Origin: an uncultured Clostridiaceae bacterium
GTDB taxonomy: Bacteria; Bacillota; Clostridia; CAYPLH01; DUMO01
Length of the DNA stretch: 64,000 nt
NCBI GenBank assembly: GCA_964411505.1
Contig: CAYPLH010000011.1
Location: 11,929-75,928 of the forward strand
Direction: 5' to 3'
This document shows, piece by piece, positions 9,494-19,040 of the stretch (positions are counted from its first letter, which is position 1; every line of letters begins with the position of its first letter). Made by a program: the position numbers and the translations under genes. The notes under the pieces are model-generated. The model did no database searches. It saw only the letters and a program-made list of their open reading frames with translations, and had not been told where the DNA came from.

Positions 9494-11155
9494 ATGCTTG
9501 AAAACTTTTTACCTAAAGTAGATTTTGATTCATACGAAGACTTTTGTGAAAATTTTGAAATAAATGTTCCCAAGAAATTTAATTTTGCTTATGATATTGC
9601 AGATAAAATTGCATTGAAAACACCTGAAAAAATTGCTCTGGTATGGTGCAATGACAATGGTGATGAAAAAACAATCACTTTTGGACAGATGAAGCAATAT
9701 AGCGACAAAGCAGCAAACTTATTTAGCTCTTTGGGGATTGGTAAAAATGATAAAGTAATGCTAATATTAAAAAGAAAATATGAATTCTGGTATTGTCTAC
9801 TTGCACTTCATAAAATAGGAGCGGTCTGCATCCCTGCAACGCATCTTTTAACTGCTAAGGACATAGTATACCGGAACAATGCTGCAGACATTAAGATGAT
9901 TGTTTGTGTAAATGAGAATGAAGTAATTAAACACATTGAAGACAGTGAAAAAGATTCACCAACTTTAAGAACCAAAGCCCTTCTTAATGGTAAACGAAAT
10001 GGCTGGCTGGATTTTAGCGAGCAACTGGAAAAGGCTTCAGATGTTTTTGAAAAACCTTCTGATAAAGAAGAAGTTTCTATTAAAGATATTTCACTCATTT
10101 ATTTTACTTCAGGTACAACCGGCATGCCAAAAATGGTCCAGCATGATTTTACCTATCCACTGGGTCATATTTTAACCGCAAAATACTGGCAAAATGTTAT
10201 GGATAATGGTTTGCACCTTACCGTAGCCGATACCGGTTGGGCAAAAGCTGTCTGGGGCAAAATTTATGGACAATGGCTTTCGGGCAGTGCTGTGTTTGTA
10301 TATGATTATGACAAGTTTGTGCCTAAAAAATTTCTAGAAGTAATTTCAAAACACAAAATTACAACTTTTTGCGCTCCGCCGACCATATACAGATATCTTA
10401 TAAAGGAAGATTTTACAAAATACTCTCTTGACAGCCTTAAGTATTGTGTAATTGCGGGGGAACCTTTAAACCCTGAGGTTTACTATCAATTTCTAGATTC
10501 AACAGGATTAAAGCTCCACGAAGGTTATGGTCAGACTGAACTAACCTGCTGCATCGCTACATATCCATGGATGGAACCAAAACCAGGTTCTATGGGTAGA
10601 CCTACCCCTGGTTATGATATTGATCTAATAGATGATGAGGGAAACTCCTGTGAGCCTGGAGAAGAAGGTCAAATTATTATTCGAACCAGCAAAACCAAAC
10701 CTGTTGGCATGTTTGACGGTTATTACCGTGATGATGCACTAACAAGTAAAGTTTGGCACGACGATATTTATTTTACAGGTGATATGGCATGGAGAGATGA
10801 GGATGGCTATTACTGGTTTGTCGGAAGATCTGATGACGTAATTAAAAGTTCCGGTTACCGTATTGGACCCTTTGAAGTTGAAAGCGCACTTATTGAACAT
10901 CCCGCAGTATTAGAATGTGCAATTACTGCAGTTCCTGATCCAATAAGAGGTCAAATAGTAAAAGCAACTATTGTGCTTGCAAAGGAATATACTGCTTCTG
11001 ACCAGCTTGCAAAAATGCTCCAGGATCATGTAAAAAAAGTAACTGCTCCATACAAATATCCGAGAATTATTGAGTTCGTTGATGAATTGCCAAAAACAAT
11101 AAGCGGCAAAATTAGACGTATTGAAATAAGAGACAAAGATAAGGGTACTGAATAA
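9494..11155 (+). CDS. AMP-forming acyl-CoA synthetase (medium-chain type)
   Basis: AMP-binding signatures [22 protein letters not shown]...[15 protein letters not shown] and [10 protein letters not shown]. Confidence 0.85.
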   Translation: MLENFLPKVDFDSYEDFCENFEINVPKKFNFAYDIADKIALKTPEKIALVWCNDNGDEKTITFGQMKQYSDKAANLFSSLGIGKNDKVMLILKRKYEFWYCLLALHKIGAVCIPATHLLTAKDIVYRNNAADIKMIVCVNENEVIKHIEDSEKDSPTLRTKALLNGKRNGWLDFSEQLEKASDVFEKPSDKEEVSIKDISLIYFTSGTTGMPKMVQHDFTYPLGHILTAKYWQNVMDNGLHLTVADTGWAKAVWGKIYGQWLSGSAVFVYDYDKFVPKKFLEVISKHKITTFCAPPTIYRYLIKEDFTKYSLDSLKYCVIAGEPLNPEVYYQFLDSTGLKLHEGYGQTELTCCIATYPWMEPKPGSMGRPTPGYDIDLIDDEGNSCEPGEEGQIIIRTSKTKPVGMFDGYYRDDALTSKVWHDDIYFTGDMAWRDEDGYYWFVGRSDDVIKSSGYRIGPFEVESALIEHPAVLECAITAVPDPIRGQIVKATIVLAKEYTASDQLAKMLQDHVKKVTAPYKYPRIIEFVDELPKTISGKIRRIEIRDKDKGTE

Positions 11156-11282
11156 TCCGACCCAAAGAAACAATAGCCAATATCTGGAATCAGAGCCTAT
11201 TCTTCCGGGCAATAGTATTGCATATTTATTCTTTTACATGATATAATAACCTCGTTACCGAGGTTATTATATTGCCTCCGGC

Positions 11283-11374
11283 GGATTTTATGCGCGTGCG
11301 ATTTTTTTTTGCTAAAGCAAAAAACGCACATGCGCAATTATATCATGCAATTTCTTCGAAATTCATGATATAAT
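11283..11374 (+). promoter_or_regulatory. hairpin-rich promoter module ending in an extended -10 (TGATATAAT), copy a
   Basis: About 92 nt are nearly identical to 39074-39163. It contains the hairpins GCGCGTGCGATTTTTTTTTGC/GCAAAAAACGCACATGCGC and ATTATATCATG..CATGATATAAT, and ends with TGATATAAT at 11366-11374. Confidence 0.55.
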
Positions 11375-11383
11375 GAAAAAGAG

Positions 11384-11415
11384 GTCGCCCTTCACACAGG
11401 GGCGTGGATTGAAAC
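11384..11415 (+). CRISPR. solitary type I-C-like CRISPR repeat (single unit, no array)
   Basis: GTCGCCCTTCACACAGGGGCGTGGATTGAAAC has the GTCGC 5' end, an internal CGCCC/GGGCG stem and the GTGGATTGAAAC 3' handle typical of type I-C repeats. I saw no second full copy in the window. Confidence 0.6.
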
Positions 11416-11458
11416 ATGTTATAATATGTTTGTTTAGTTCCAATGAGGGAGGACTCTT

Positions 11459-11677
11459 ATGGATAATATTGAAACATTGACAACTTGCTGCAATATACTG
11501 CTTGACCTTTTATTAAAACTGCATAAGAACAAGAAAATAGATAAAATAACTTTTGAAATGAATGCAGAAATGAAAATCAAATTTTTACATGATAATATGC
11601 ATAGAATGAATAATAATGAAAAGGAAAAAGCTGAATTATTATTATATGAGGTTTACAATGTACTAAATCTGAAATAA
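11459..11677 (+). CDS. small hypothetical helical protein (72 aa)
   Basis: ATG lies 6 nt after the strong RBS GAGGGAGG. No recognisable family. Confidence 0.5.
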   Translation: MDNIETLTTCCNILLDLLLKLHKNKKIDKITFEMNAEMKIKFLHDNMHRMNNNEKEKAELLLYEVYNVLNLK

Positions 11678-11977
11678 GTTATTTTCTCAAAATCGTTAAT
11701 TAAAGTATCTTAATAAAACAAATCATACTTACATGCATTTTATATATACAGTGCATGATAACAGGACGTATCTTTATTGGCTAAATAAGCTGTTTCTATT
11801 TTGAAATTTGCATGAACACTTCTCCTCGTCACCACAAAAATTTTATTGCTACTATTCATTTTCTTCCATACTCAAAACAACCTTTCTCATTAGTACCACC
11901 TCACAAATTAATATGAAGGTATTGTACTATATTTTTAGGACATTTTCACATGTGGTACAACGAGACATTATCATAAG

Positions 11978-12244
11978 TGGATCGTGTCTATTCAGAGGTA
12001 GCTCAAACATATTAACTGAAGAATCATCTCTAATACGGCTAGTTACAGCGAGGCTTAGGAAAACACAATTTAAAATGCCTTAGAGTTTAGTAATGTCCGT
12101 GCTGTTTGAACGCAAGTGAGTTCACGGAATTACTTAACGAGAAGGCATTTTAAATTGATTGTTTTCATTGCTGAAGCTGTATTGCAGTATTGGAGATGAT
12201 TCTTCATGAAAGAAAAGCTACCTCTGAATAGACACGGTGGATCA
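11978..12244. repeat. 267-bp foldback (MITE-like) element with ~105-nt imperfect inverted arms
   Basis: Left arm TGGATCGTGTCTATTCAGAGGTAGCT...TGAAGAATCATCTCTAATAC...CAATTTAAAATGCCTT pairs with right arm AAGGCATTTTAAATTG...GTATTGGAGATGATTCTTCA...AGCTACCTCTGAATAGACACGGTGGATCA. Confidence 0.5.
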
Positions 12245-12370
12245 TAAAGGTTAGTTGAAAAGCTGTTATGCTTCTTGACTTTTTCAACCAATTGTATTAT
12301 ATAATAATAAAATAGTATCTTTAGTATTGGTACTAAAGTTTTAATACTTAGAATTAGGAGGCTTTGATAT

Positions 12371-14242
12371 ATGTCCAAAGAAAAAGGTACCATATCAATA
12401 AACACAGAGAACATACTCCCAATAATTAAACGGTGGCTGTACTCAGAAAAAGAGATTTTTTTAAGGGAGCTTATTTCTAATTGCAACGATGCAATAAGTA
12501 AGCTGAGTCGTCTTAACGCATTAGGTGAAACACAATTGCCCGAAGATACCAGATTTATGATTAAAGTTGTATTAAATAAAAAGTCAAAAACGCTAGAATT
12601 CATTGACAATGGTATTGGGATGACTGAGGATGAAGTGAAAAAATATATTAACCAAATTGCTTTTTCAGGTGCGAAGGATTTCATCGAAAAGTATAAAGAC
12701 AAGACTGACGATGGTCAAATAATCGGTCACTTTGGTCTTGGTTTTTATTCAGCCTTTATGGTTTCATCAAAAGTTCAGATTGATACACTTTCATATATTG
12801 AAGGTTCTCAGCCAGTAAGATGGATAAGTGCAGAAGGTTCTGATTTTGAAATGGATGTTTCTAATCGAACCGAAAGGGGAACAACGGTTACCCTCTTTAT
12901 TTCAGAAGATAGTGAAGATCTTTTAGATGAGTTTAAAATTAAAGAATTAATAAGGAAATTTTGCTATTTCCTTCCCTATGAAATTTATTTTGAAACTGAT
13001 GATCCGAAAACCGTTGAAAAATCTGATGAGAAAGACGATGTACCCGAGCCTCTTAACGATACAAACCCTTTATGGATGAAGGATCCAAAAGAGTGCACCG
13101 AGGAAGAATATAAAGATTTTTACAAAAAAGTATTTCTGGATTTTAATGATCCTTTATTCTGGATTCATCTTAATGTTGATTATCCCTTCAGGCTAAAAGG
13201 TATCTTGTATTTTCCAAAGCTTAGACATGAGATGGAGACAATGGAAGGTCAAATCAAGTTATACTACAACCAGGTGTTTGTTGCCGATAATGTAAAGGAA
13301 ATAATACCGGAATTTCTTTTATTGCTCAAGGGTACGCTGGATTGTCCCGATCTTCCTCTTAATGTATCCAGAAGCTTTTTACAGAATGATAAAAGTGTCG
13401 CTACAATATCTAACCATATAACTAAAAAAATAGCAGACAAACTGAATTCGATTTTTAATAATGAAAGAGATAATTATAATAAATATTGGGATGACATTCA
13501 TCCTTTTGTTAAATATGGCTGCATGCGCGAGCCAAAGTTTTTTGAAAAAGTTAAAGATATAGTTATTTATAAATCAACCAAAGACGATTATATAACTCTT
13601 AAAGATTACTTGGAAAGAAATAAATCAAAACATGAGAACACAGTATTTTATGCTAATGATGAAAAACAACAGGCTCAGTATATAAAAATGTTCAAAGAGC
13701 AGGAGCTTGAAGCAGTAGTTCTTAATTCAATGATTGATACACACTTTATTCAATTTCTTGAGATGAATGAACAAAACATTAAGTTTAACAGAATTGACTC
13801 AAGTCTTTCAGACAGCCTTAAGGATGATGAAAATAAGGATGTTGAGCAGAGTGTCAAAGAAGAACTTGAAAAACTCTTCCGTGAAACCCTAGGAAATGAA
13901 AAATTAAAAGTTCAGGTCGAACACTTAAAGTCTACTTCTGTCCCGAGTATTATATTGCTTTCAGAACAATCCAGAAGGTTTAGAGAAATGTCTCGAATGT
14001 ACGGAGGAATGAATATCCCTGATACGTTCGACGAAGACAGGTCACTTGTTTTAAACTTAAATAACAGTATTATCAATTCCCTTATAAAATTAAAGGATGA
14101 TGATAGCCGCAAAGAAGATGTTTCACTAATATGCCACCATGTTTATGATCTTGCAATAATGAGTCACAAACAGCTTGAACCTCACGAAATGAATAGTTTT
14201 ATTGATAGAAGTAATAAGATATTAATGAAACTAATGCAGTAG
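12371..14242 (+). CDS. htpG: molecular chaperone HtpG (Hsp90 family)
   Basis: Full-length HtpG-like translation (LYSEKEIFLRELISNCNDAISKL, IGHFGLGFYSAFMV, LNVSRSFLQ). AGGAGG RBS. Confidence 0.95.
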   Translation: MSKEKGTISINTENILPIIKRWLYSEKEIFLRELISNCNDAISKLSRLNALGETQLPEDTRFMIKVVLNKKSKTLEFIDNGIGMTEDEVKKYINQIAFSGAKDFIEKYKDKTDDGQIIGHFGLGFYSAFMVSSKVQIDTLSYIEGSQPVRWISAEGSDFEMDVSNRTERGTTVTLFISEDSEDLLDEFKIKELIRKFCYFLPYEIYFETDDPKTVEKSDEKDDVPEPLNDTNPLWMKDPKECTEEEYKDFYKKVFLDFNDPLFWIHLNVDYPFRLKGILYFPKLRHEMETMEGQIKLYYNQVFVADNVKEIIPEFLLLLKGTLDCPDLPLNVSRSFLQNDKSVATISNHITKKIADKLNSIFNNERDNYNKYWDDIHPFVKYGCMREPKFFEKVKDIVIYKSTKDDYITLKDYLERNKSKHENTVFYANDEKQQAQYIKMFKEQELEAVVLNSMIDTHFIQFLEMNEQNIKFNRIDSSLSDSLKDDENKDVEQSVKEELEKLFRETLGNEKLKVQVEHLKSTSVPSIILLSEQSRRFREMSRMYGGMNIPDTFDEDRSLVLNLNNSIINSLIKLKDDDSRKEDVSLICHHVYDLAIMSHKQLEPHEMNSFIDRSNKILMKLMQ

Positions 14243-14341
14243 TCAGTTAAAAGATCGGTAGCTGGTTAGTTGAGAGGCTAGATTACACACACTTCTCAAC
14301 TTTCCAGCTTCCTATCTATACACCTTTCCAACTTGCTCACT

Positions 14342-15175
14342 TTAATCGATTCTGCTGATTATGTTTATTACCAGATTTGAAAAGTCCTGCTCAATTTTCT
14401 TAGCAGCAGCAATAACTTCTTCATGATTCAGTGAGCTATCTGTAATACCTGCTGCCATATTGGTTATACATGATATTCCTAACACATTCATACCTGAATG
14501 ATTTGCAGTTATAACCTCAGGAACTGTGGACATACCAACAGCATCAGCTCCAAGTATACCTAAAGCACGAATTTCCGCAGGCGTTTCATACATTGGTCCC
14601 TGTACAAAAGCATATACTCCCTCTTTAAGCTTAATACCAAGTTCATGCGAAACATTAAATGCAAGCTCTATTAAAACACGATTGTAAGTCTTTGTCATAT
14701 CGGGAAATCTTGTTCCATATTCAGTTAGATTCTTACCCCTTAAAGGTGATGGAGCAAACAAACTTATATGATCTTTTATAACCATAAGATCTCCAGGTTG
14801 GAATGCTGTATTGAGCCCACCAGCAGCATTTGTCACAATCAAATTTTTAACACCCAACTTTTTGAACATGCGCACAGGCATTACAACATCTTTTATTTCA
14901 TATCCTTCGTAATAATGAAACCTACCTTTCATGGCTAAGAGATTTTTTCCATTAATATTACCTACAATTAGTTGTCCGTTATGTCCTTCAACTGTGGTTA
15001 CAGGAAAACCTGGAATATCCTTGTAGTCCACAATCTCTCTATCATTTACCGAATCCATCAGTTTTCCCAGACCTGAACCTAAAATTACTGCGGCATCAAA
15101 TTTTCTGCTAAATTTTTCATTAACAAAATTGGCCGCATCGTTAATTTTTTTATAATAATTATCCAAATAATCCAC
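14342..15175 (-). CDS. punA: purine nucleoside phosphorylase (PNP family I, PunA type)
   Basis: Motifs ILGSGLG, GRFHYYEG, TNAAGG, MYETPAE, GADAVGMSTVPEV. Confidence 0.9.
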   Translation of the reverse strand: MDYLDNYYKKINDAANFVNEKFSRKFDAAVILGSGLGKLMDSVNDREIVDYKDIPGFPVTTVEGHNGQLIVGNINGKNLLAMKGRFHYYEGYEIKDVVMPVRMFKKLGVKNLIVTNAAGGLNTAFQPGDLMVIKDHISLFAPSPLRGKNLTEYGTRFPDMTKTYNRVLIELAFNVSHELGIKLKEGVYAFVQGPMYETPAEIRALGILGADAVGMSTVPEVITANHSGMNVLGISCITNMAAGITDSSLNHEEVIAAAKKIEQDFSNLVINIISRID

Positions 15176-15204
15176 CTCAATCTATTGTGCAATCATAGTT
15201 AATG

Positions 15205-15345
15205 TATAGTTCAATTCGCTTTTTTAATTGTGATGAATTATATAGTGTAGCAACAGAACAGGCTAATTATTTTTTGAAAAATAAAGCCTATTGTTCTTTA
15301 TGCTACACTATATAATATCATCATGACTTTTCTATAAAAAGCTGA
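15205..15345. repeat. ~140-bp imperfect palindrome in the punA/ilvE divergent intergenic region
   Basis: Arms ATAGTTCAATTCGCTTTTTTAAT..TGATGAATTATATAGTGTAGCA..ACAGAACAGGCT and AGCCTATTGTTCT..TGCTACACTATATAATATCATCA..TATAAAAAGCTGATTGAACTAT are reverse complements with a few mismatches. Confidence 0.55.
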
Positions 15346-15493
15346 TTGAACTATTTTTATATTCTGCTTGATTGCTCTTTTTTATTATACTATAATAATT
15401 AGATACAATAATGCAAGGGTTTAACGCAACCAATGAAACATAATTGGTTTTCTATAATTGCATTTATCAACCAATTGGAAGGAGTTACAAATA

Positions 15494-16564
15494 ATGTCTC
15501 ATCAAATTAGAATTGAAAAGACTAAAACACCCAAACAAAAACCCGATCATAATAGTCTTGGATTTGGAAAATATTTTACTGATCATATGTTTATAATGGA
15601 TTATGCTGAAGATAATGGCTGGCATGATCCCAGAATAGTCCCATATGCACCATTGGAGCTTAGTCCTGCGACTATGGTGTTTCACTATGGGCAGGCAGTA
15701 TTTGAAGGCTTGAAAGCTTACAGTGCACCCGACGGTAGAACCCTTCTTTTCCGTCCGGAGAAAAACATGGAGAGAATGAATTCATCCAATGAGAGATTGT
15801 GTATTCCACAAATTGATGCAGAGTTTGCTGTAGAAGCCATCAAAGCTCTAGTGTCACTTGATAAAGACTGGATCCCTACATCCGAAGGAACCTCACTGTA
15901 TATAAGACCTTTTATTTTTGCATCTGATCCATTTTTAGGAGTAAGACCATCCTTTACCTATAAATTTATAATAATTCTATCCCCTGTTGGTGCATATTAT
16001 CCTCAGGGAATTAATCCAGTAAATATTTATGTTGAGAACAAATATGTACGAGCTGTAAAAGGTGGAACCGGATATGCAAAAACGATGGGTAACTATGCTG
16101 CCAGTCTCAAGTCGCAGATGGAAGCTCATGAAAAAGGCTACGTTCAGGTCCTCTGGCTTGATGGTATTGAGAAAAAGTATGTTGAAGAAGTCGGTGCTAT
16201 GAACGTATTCTTTAAGATTAATGGTGAAGTAGTCACGCCTTTACTTTCGGGAAGCATTTTGCCCGGAGTTACAAGAGACTCGGTAATAAATCTTCTTAAA
16301 TACTGGGGAGCAACAGTTTCAGAACGAAATATAGCAATGCAGGAACTTTATGATGCTTATAAAAAAGGACAGATAGAAGAGGCTTTTGGTACTGGAACTG
16401 CTGCTGTAATTTCACCAATTGGTGAATTGAACTGGGATGGGAAAAACATGATAATAAATAATAATCAGATTGGCAAGCTGTCACAGAAATTATATGATAA
16501 TTTAACAGGTGTTCAGTTTGGTCAAATTGATGATGTGTTAGGTTGGACGGTGGAAGTTAAGTAA
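15494..16564 (+). CDS. ilvE: branched-chain amino acid aminotransferase
   Basis: Class IV aminotransferase translation (FGKYFTDHMF, YGQAVFEGLKAY, GTGYAKTMGNYAASL, GTAAVISPI). ATG at 15494 follows GGAAGGAG. Confidence 0.9.
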   Translation: MSHQIRIEKTKTPKQKPDHNSLGFGKYFTDHMFIMDYAEDNGWHDPRIVPYAPLELSPATMVFHYGQAVFEGLKAYSAPDGRTLLFRPEKNMERMNSSNERLCIPQIDAEFAVEAIKALVSLDKDWIPTSEGTSLYIRPFIFASDPFLGVRPSFTYKFIIILSPVGAYYPQGINPVNIYVENKYVRAVKGGTGYAKTMGNYAASLKSQMEAHEKGYVQVLWLDGIEKKYVEEVGAMNVFFKINGEVVTPLLSGSILPGVTRDSVINLLKYWGATVSERNIAMQELYDAYKKGQIEEAFGTGTAAVISPIGELNWDGKNMIINNNQIGKLSQKLYDNLTGVQFGQIDDVLGWTVEVK

Positions 16565-16599
16565 TAGTGTGATAAATATATATTATTGGAGTGATTAGT

Positions 16600-17508
16600 A
16601 TGAGTACTGTAAAAATCCTAAAAAAAGACCATCTTGGCTGGGAAAGCTGCGTAGAGGTTTCCAATGGACTGGTTGATTTTATTGCAACAACAGCTGTTGG
16701 TCCTAGAATTATTCGGTTTGGTTTTACATGTGACAAAAATGAGTTTTGTGAGTTTAAAGATCAGATTGGAAAATCAGGTGGCGATAAATGGAATAGCTAT
16801 GGAGGTCATCGTTTATGGCATAGTCCTGAAGCTATGCCTCGTTCATACTTTCCTGATAATTTTCCTGTAGATTGGCATGAAATTGAAAATGGCATCAGCT
16901 TGAGCCAACCAGTAGAATCAACTACAGGAATCAAAAAAGATATTGATATAAGTCTTGCAACAGACAAACCTATGGTTACAGTAGTTCATAAGCTTACAAA
17001 CCAAAGCATGTGGCCTTTAGAGCTTGCTGTATGGGGAATCTCTGTTATGGCAGCAGGAGGAAAAGCTATAATTCCTCAACCGTTAAGACAAACCGGTCTT
17101 CTGTCTAATAGATTAGTAGCATTATGGCCATATACAAAAATGAACGACAATAGAGTTTACTGGGGAGACAAATACATAACTGTCACTCAGGACGCCCAAG
17201 CAAAAATTCCATTCAAGCTTGGAATGCCCAATGAGGATGGTTGGGCTGCATATTATAATGATGGGCATCTTTTTGTAAAAAAATATACTCACAGTATGGA
17301 TGGAACATATCCGGATCTTGGGTGTTCTTGGGAAACTTATACTAATAATTTAATGCTTGAGATGGAGAGTTTAAGCCCGCTTAAAGTTTTAAAACCAGGT
17401 GAAACAGCTTCTCATAAGGAAACCTGGTACCTTTTGGATAATGTAGATTGTCCAAAAACAGAAGATGATATGGATAAAATTAAGGAAAAGGTTTTATCAT
17501 TATTTTAA
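16600..17508 (+). CDS. hypothetical protein (possibly galactose-mutarotase-like/DUF4380-type)
   Basis: Long ORF with a GGAG RBS. The motif YGGHRLWHSPE recalls DUF4380-type proteins, but the family call is uncertain. Confidence 0.7.
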   Translation: MSTVKILKKDHLGWESCVEVSNGLVDFIATTAVGPRIIRFGFTCDKNEFCEFKDQIGKSGGDKWNSYGGHRLWHSPEAMPRSYFPDNFPVDWHEIENGISLSQPVESTTGIKKDIDISLATDKPMVTVVHKLTNQSMWPLELAVWGISVMAAGGKAIIPQPLRQTGLLSNRLVALWPYTKMNDNRVYWGDKYITVTQDAQAKIPFKLGMPNEDGWAAYYNDGHLFVKKYTHSMDGTYPDLGCSWETYTNNLMLEMESLSPLKVLKPGETASHKETWYLLDNVDCPKTEDDMDKIKEKVLSLF

Positions 17509-17629
17509 AAATTGGTTAATAATTCGGAAAGCTGGAAATTGGGAAAGTAATAAGCGGTGAATATGTTCGCACCGCTTATTCCCTTACCACCAACTCTTAA
17601 ATAAGTTTGAGGCATCTAAAACTCCCTGA

Positions 17630-18943
17630 CTAACTAATATTATCGGCTACAATTGTACCTCCATACTTTCTTATAATATTAATCAATTCATCAATGTTGT
17701 TTTCGACTGTCTGATTTACTATTACACCAGCTTTACCTTTATATATCCTAAGTGCCCCTGCCAATGCTGATTGATCCTTTGTGTTAATTACAACAGGCTC
17801 TTTTGAGTATGTTTGTACAATATCAATTACTTCAGGTAGATAATCTGCTTCCCTCTTATTATTATCAATGCTAATATATATTGCATCACAATTATTCATT
17901 TCCATAATACAATCAATTATATAATCATAATTTTTGTTGTTAATTTCACCCTGGAGAATATCATCATTATTAACATCTATTCTGCCAATTATTATATTCT
18001 TTATACTACTTAAATTCAGCAATTTAACAGCAGAAGTAATAATTCTACCTGAAACATGACCAATCGGTGATGGTTGAATTGTACTTACAGTAATTGCTAT
18101 ATTCTTAATGAATTCAGGAGTTGTCCCGCAGCAACCGCCGATTAACCTAGCTCCATATTTTGCGAACTTGGTAGCTGCTTTTGCAAACTGCTCTGGTGTT
18201 TCATTATAAACCACTGAACCATTTTTTATTACTGGTAACCCGGCATTTGGTTTTACTGAAAAATACCCTTCGCCTGTCTCATGCATCTTCTTTAGAATGT
18301 CAACCATATGTATTGTTCCAGTTGAGCAGTTTATACCGATTAGATCAGCTCCCAGAGATTTTAAAACAACTGCACATGTACCTGGATCATTTCCCATTAG
18401 TGTTCTACCGTTTGATTCAAAAGCCATGGAGCAAATAACTGGAAGGTCACTGTTTTCTTTTGCACAAATAAGTGCCACACGCATTTCTGCTAAATCAGTA
18501 AAGGTTTCAAAGTTAATAATATCGGCACCCGCATCTACTACAGCCAATATTTGCTCCTTAAATACATCATATGCTTGTTCAAAAGTTAAGTCTCCCGAAG
18601 GAACAAACAACTTACCTAAAGGTCCGATTGATGCCGCTACATATCCGTCCTTCCCCATTGCCTCTTTTGCAAGCTTTACTCCAAAAAAGTTCAGCTCGTA
18701 AGTCTTGTCTGCTAGTCCATATTCTTCAAGTTTTAATCTGTTTCCTTGGAAAGTATTTGTCTGGATTACATTAGCTCCTGCTTGTTTGTATGAATTATAA
18801 ATACTTAATACTTCATCCGCATGTTCTATATTCCAGAGTTCAGGACATTCTCCACCCAAAAGTCCAAGGCTTTGCAGCATTGTTCCTTTTGAGCCATCAA
18901 AAACCAGTATTTTTTCGTTAATTTCTTTAAGAAAACTACTCAA
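17630..18943 (-). CDS. homocysteine S-methyltransferase domain protein (MetH N-terminal-like, no B12 module)
   Basis: Hcy-binding domain motifs (VFDGSKGTML, IQTNTF, INCS, GGCCGTTPEFI) are followed by ~130 aa of a pterin-binding-like region. Confidence 0.8.
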   Translation of the reverse strand: MSSFLKEINEKILVFDGSKGTMLQSLGLLGGECPELWNIEHADEVLSIYNSYKQAGANVIQTNTFQGNRLKLEEYGLADKTYELNFFGVKLAKEAMGKDGYVAASIGPLGKLFVPSGDLTFEQAYDVFKEQILAVVDAGADIINFETFTDLAEMRVALICAKENSDLPVICSMAFESNGRTLMGNDPGTCAVVLKSLGADLIGINCSTGTIHMVDILKKMHETGEGYFSVKPNAGLPVIKNGSVVYNETPEQFAKAATKFAKYGARLIGGCCGTTPEFIKNIAITVSTIQPSPIGHVSGRIITSAVKLLNLSSIKNIIIGRIDVNNDDILQGEINNKNYDYIIDCIMEMNNCDAIYISIDNNKREADYLPEVIDIVQTYSKEPVVINTKDQSALAGALRIYKGKAGVIVNQTVENNIDELINIIRKYGGTIVADNIS

Positions 18944-19040
18944 TTTAATTCACTCCCCCTGTTTTTATGGCAAACACAAAATAATTTGTATAAAGATTAT
19001 ACTAGCTAAATAAGATCTAGCCTAAAATTATTGTGTTTTT

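Noticed and set aside
11444-11475. Possible degenerate second CRISPR repeat: ATTGAAAC recurs 60 nt after the first repeat's ATTGAAAC.
   Set aside because: Only the last 8 nt match, the hairpin part is absent, and the implied spacer would be only 28 nt. The stretch overlaps the RBS and start of the 72-aa ORF. An 8-mer match in AT-rich DNA is easily chance.
11808-12083. 91-aa + strand ORF, and tiny minus-strand ORFs with good RBS (for example MRKVVLSMEENE at about 11866-11904) between the 72-aa ORF and htpG.
   Set aside because: There are no family resemblances. The frames are riddled with stops nearby, and the 91-aa ORF runs into the foldback element. They are treated as decayed or non-coding DNA.
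12319-12338. Palindrome CTTTAGTA-TTGG-TACTAAAG 33 nt upstream of htpG, considered as a CIRCE/HrcA or CtsR operator.
   Set aside because: It does not match CIRCE (TTAGCACTC-N9-GAGTGCTAA) or the CtsR direct repeat, and it is short and AT-rich. It may still be an operator, but I have no support for that.
12130-12702. 190-aa minus-strand ORF, and other long antisense ORFs (for example 41208-41777, 42593-43075, 24911-25513, 57588-58118, 60842-61324).
   Set aside because: Each lies antisense within a well-supported gene and has a low-complexity, atypical translation, as expected for shadow ORFs in AT-rich DNA.
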